From NCBI GenBank assembly GCA_030615765.1, contig JAUWYP010000002.1, positions 82,480 to 146,479 of the forward strand: a stretch of DNA of 64,000 bases, in the 5' to 3' direction. Every line of letters starts with the position of its first letter. The first letter of the stretch is position 1. Shown in pieces: positions 62,904 through 64,000 of the stretch. Under the pieces are notes generated by a model that saw only the letters and a program-made list of their open reading frames with translations, was not told the origin of the DNA and did no database searches. The position numbers and the translations under genes are program-made. Origin of the DNA: Dehalococcoidia bacterium (GTDB lineage Bacteria; Chloroflexota; Dehalococcoidia; SM23-28-2).

Positions 62904-64000
62904 GTGGTCGAAGACAAGCTCACGGAACTAGGCAAGCTGAAGGAAGAGGCCAAGCTGGGCGGCGGCAAGGAACGTATCGAAGCCCAGCACGATCGCGGCA
63001 AGCTCACAGCGCGAGAGCGCCTCAGCCTTCTCCTGGACGAAGGCAGCTTCGAAGAGCTCGATGCCCTGGTCATCCATCGAGGCACTGAATTTGGCATTGA
63101 GAAGCAGCGCTTCTACGGCGACGCCGTAGTCACCGGCTACGGCAAGATCGATGGCCGCGTTGTTCTGGTCTTCGCCCAGGACTTCACCGTCGTCGGCGGC
63201 TCCCTGTCGGAGGCGGTGGCCGAAAAGATCGTCAAGGTCATGAACCTAGCCATGAAGGTGGGCGTCCCCATTATCGGCATCGACGACTCAGGAGGTGCTC
63301 GCATCCAGGAGGGGGTAGCCAGCCTCAAGGGCTACGGCGACATCTTCCTGCGCAACGTTCTAGCCTCGGGGGTTATACCCCAGATCTCGGTGATCATGGG
63401 GCCCTGCGCTGGCGGCGCCGTCTACTCCCCTGCCATCACCGACTTCGTCTTCATGACAGAGGACACCAGCCAGATGTACATCACCGGCCCCGATGTCGTC
63501 CGCGCCGTCACCGGCGAAGAGGTGACCCACCAGGAGCTAGGCGGCGCCAAGCCCCACGCCGAACAGAGCGGCGTCTGCCACTTCGCCGTCGCTGGCGAGG
63601 AGGCCTGCCTGAGCGAAGTGCGGCGGTTGCTCTCCTTCCTCCCTCTCAACAACATGGAGGACCCACCGTGCCTGGAGCCCGAAGACGACCCCGCGCGGAC
63701 GGCTGACGACATGTTGGACATCGTGCCGGCTGACCCCTCCCAGTCCTACGACATACACGAGGTCATCTACCGCATCATCGACAACGGCGACTTCATGGAG
63801 GTGCACTCCTCCTGGGCGCAGAGCATCACCGTCGGCTTTGCCCGCATGAACGGCTGGCCAGTGGGTATCGTGGCCAACAATCCCGAAGTGCTGGCGGGCG
63901 TGCTGGACATCCAGTCCTCCCGCAAGGGTGCCCGCTTTGTCCGCTTCTGCGATGCCTTTAACATCCCCATCGTCACCCTGACCGACATCCCCGGCTACCT
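62904..64000 (+). CDS. acyl-CoA carboxylase carboxyltransferase (propionyl-CoA carboxylase beta / methylmalonyl-CoA carboxyltransferase), 3' end outside the window
   Basis: Not in the track because no stop lies inside the window. My own translation from the GTG at 62904 gives RGKLTARERL, VFAQDFTVVGGSLSE, MGPCAGGAVYSPA and PVGIVANNP. Confidence 0.9.
   Translation, partial: MVEDKLTELGKLKEEAKLGGGKERIEAQHDRGKLTARERLSLLLDEGSFEELDALVIHRGTEFGIEKQRFYGDAVVTGYGKIDGRVVLVFAQDFTVVGGSLSEAVAEKIVKVMNLAMKVGVPIIGIDDSGGARIQEGVASLKGYGDIFLRNVLASGVIPQISVIMGPCAGGAVYSPAITDFVFMTEDTSQMYITGPDVVRAVTGEEVTHQELGGAKPHAEQSGVCHFAVAGEEACLSEVRRLLSFLPLNNMEDPPCLEPEDDPARTADDMLDIVPADPSQSYDIHEVIYRIIDNGDFMEVHSSWAQSITVGFARMNGWPVGIVANNPEVLAGVLDIQSSRKGARFVRFCDAFNIPIVTLTDIPGY

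Overview
High-GC bacterial chromosomal segment, densely coded on both strands. It looks like a monoderm high-GC lineage such as Chloroflexota or Actinomycetota, but I cannot confirm that without a database. Most of the window is housekeeping. From left to right: NfeD/stomatin pair, birA, murE, a TPP enzyme plus alcohol dehydrogenase, a three-repeat DUF11-type surface protein, a TreT-like GT4 glycosyltransferase, RNase P RNA (rnpB) with its own promoter, an RNase H / recombinase-like / DUF164 operon, yceD-rpmF-fabD-fabG-nusB-acpP, tatA/tatC, a family-4 UDG, RNase J, ftsK, a B12-radical SAM gene, uvrB, ruvA, ruvC, yebC, panD-panB-panC behind a structured leader, fpg, polA. It then continues with an acyl-CoA metabolic cluster (E1 alpha/beta, two family-III CoA-transferases, an Oxc/HACL-like TPP enzyme, SDR, a divergent acyl-CoA mutase), a lipid module (hotdog pair, fabF, thioesterase, LpxL-type acyltransferase), LysR, nfo, a CoA hydrolase/transferase, an M28 peptidase, a LysM lipoprotein and a partial carboxyltransferase. 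The parts most worth a second look are listed here. (1) A lower-GC, single-gene RelA/SpoT-domain protein sits between ruvC and ruvA. (2) A ~45% GC island between yebC and panC carries three overlapping genes ending in a MazF/PemK-like toxin. (3) A large-serine-recombinase homologue whose catalytic residues appear replaced is translationally coupled inside the DUF164 / RNase H operon next to rnpB. (4) A promoter, ~190-nt leader and terminator/antiterminator lie in front of panDBC. (5) An in-frame TAG splits a CoA-transferase from its conserved C-terminus. (6) An acyl-CoA mutase has atypical B12-binding and substrate-region motifs. All product calls come from motif recognition by eye, with no database search. 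Many long antisense ORFs in the track are high-GC shadow ORFs and were not called.
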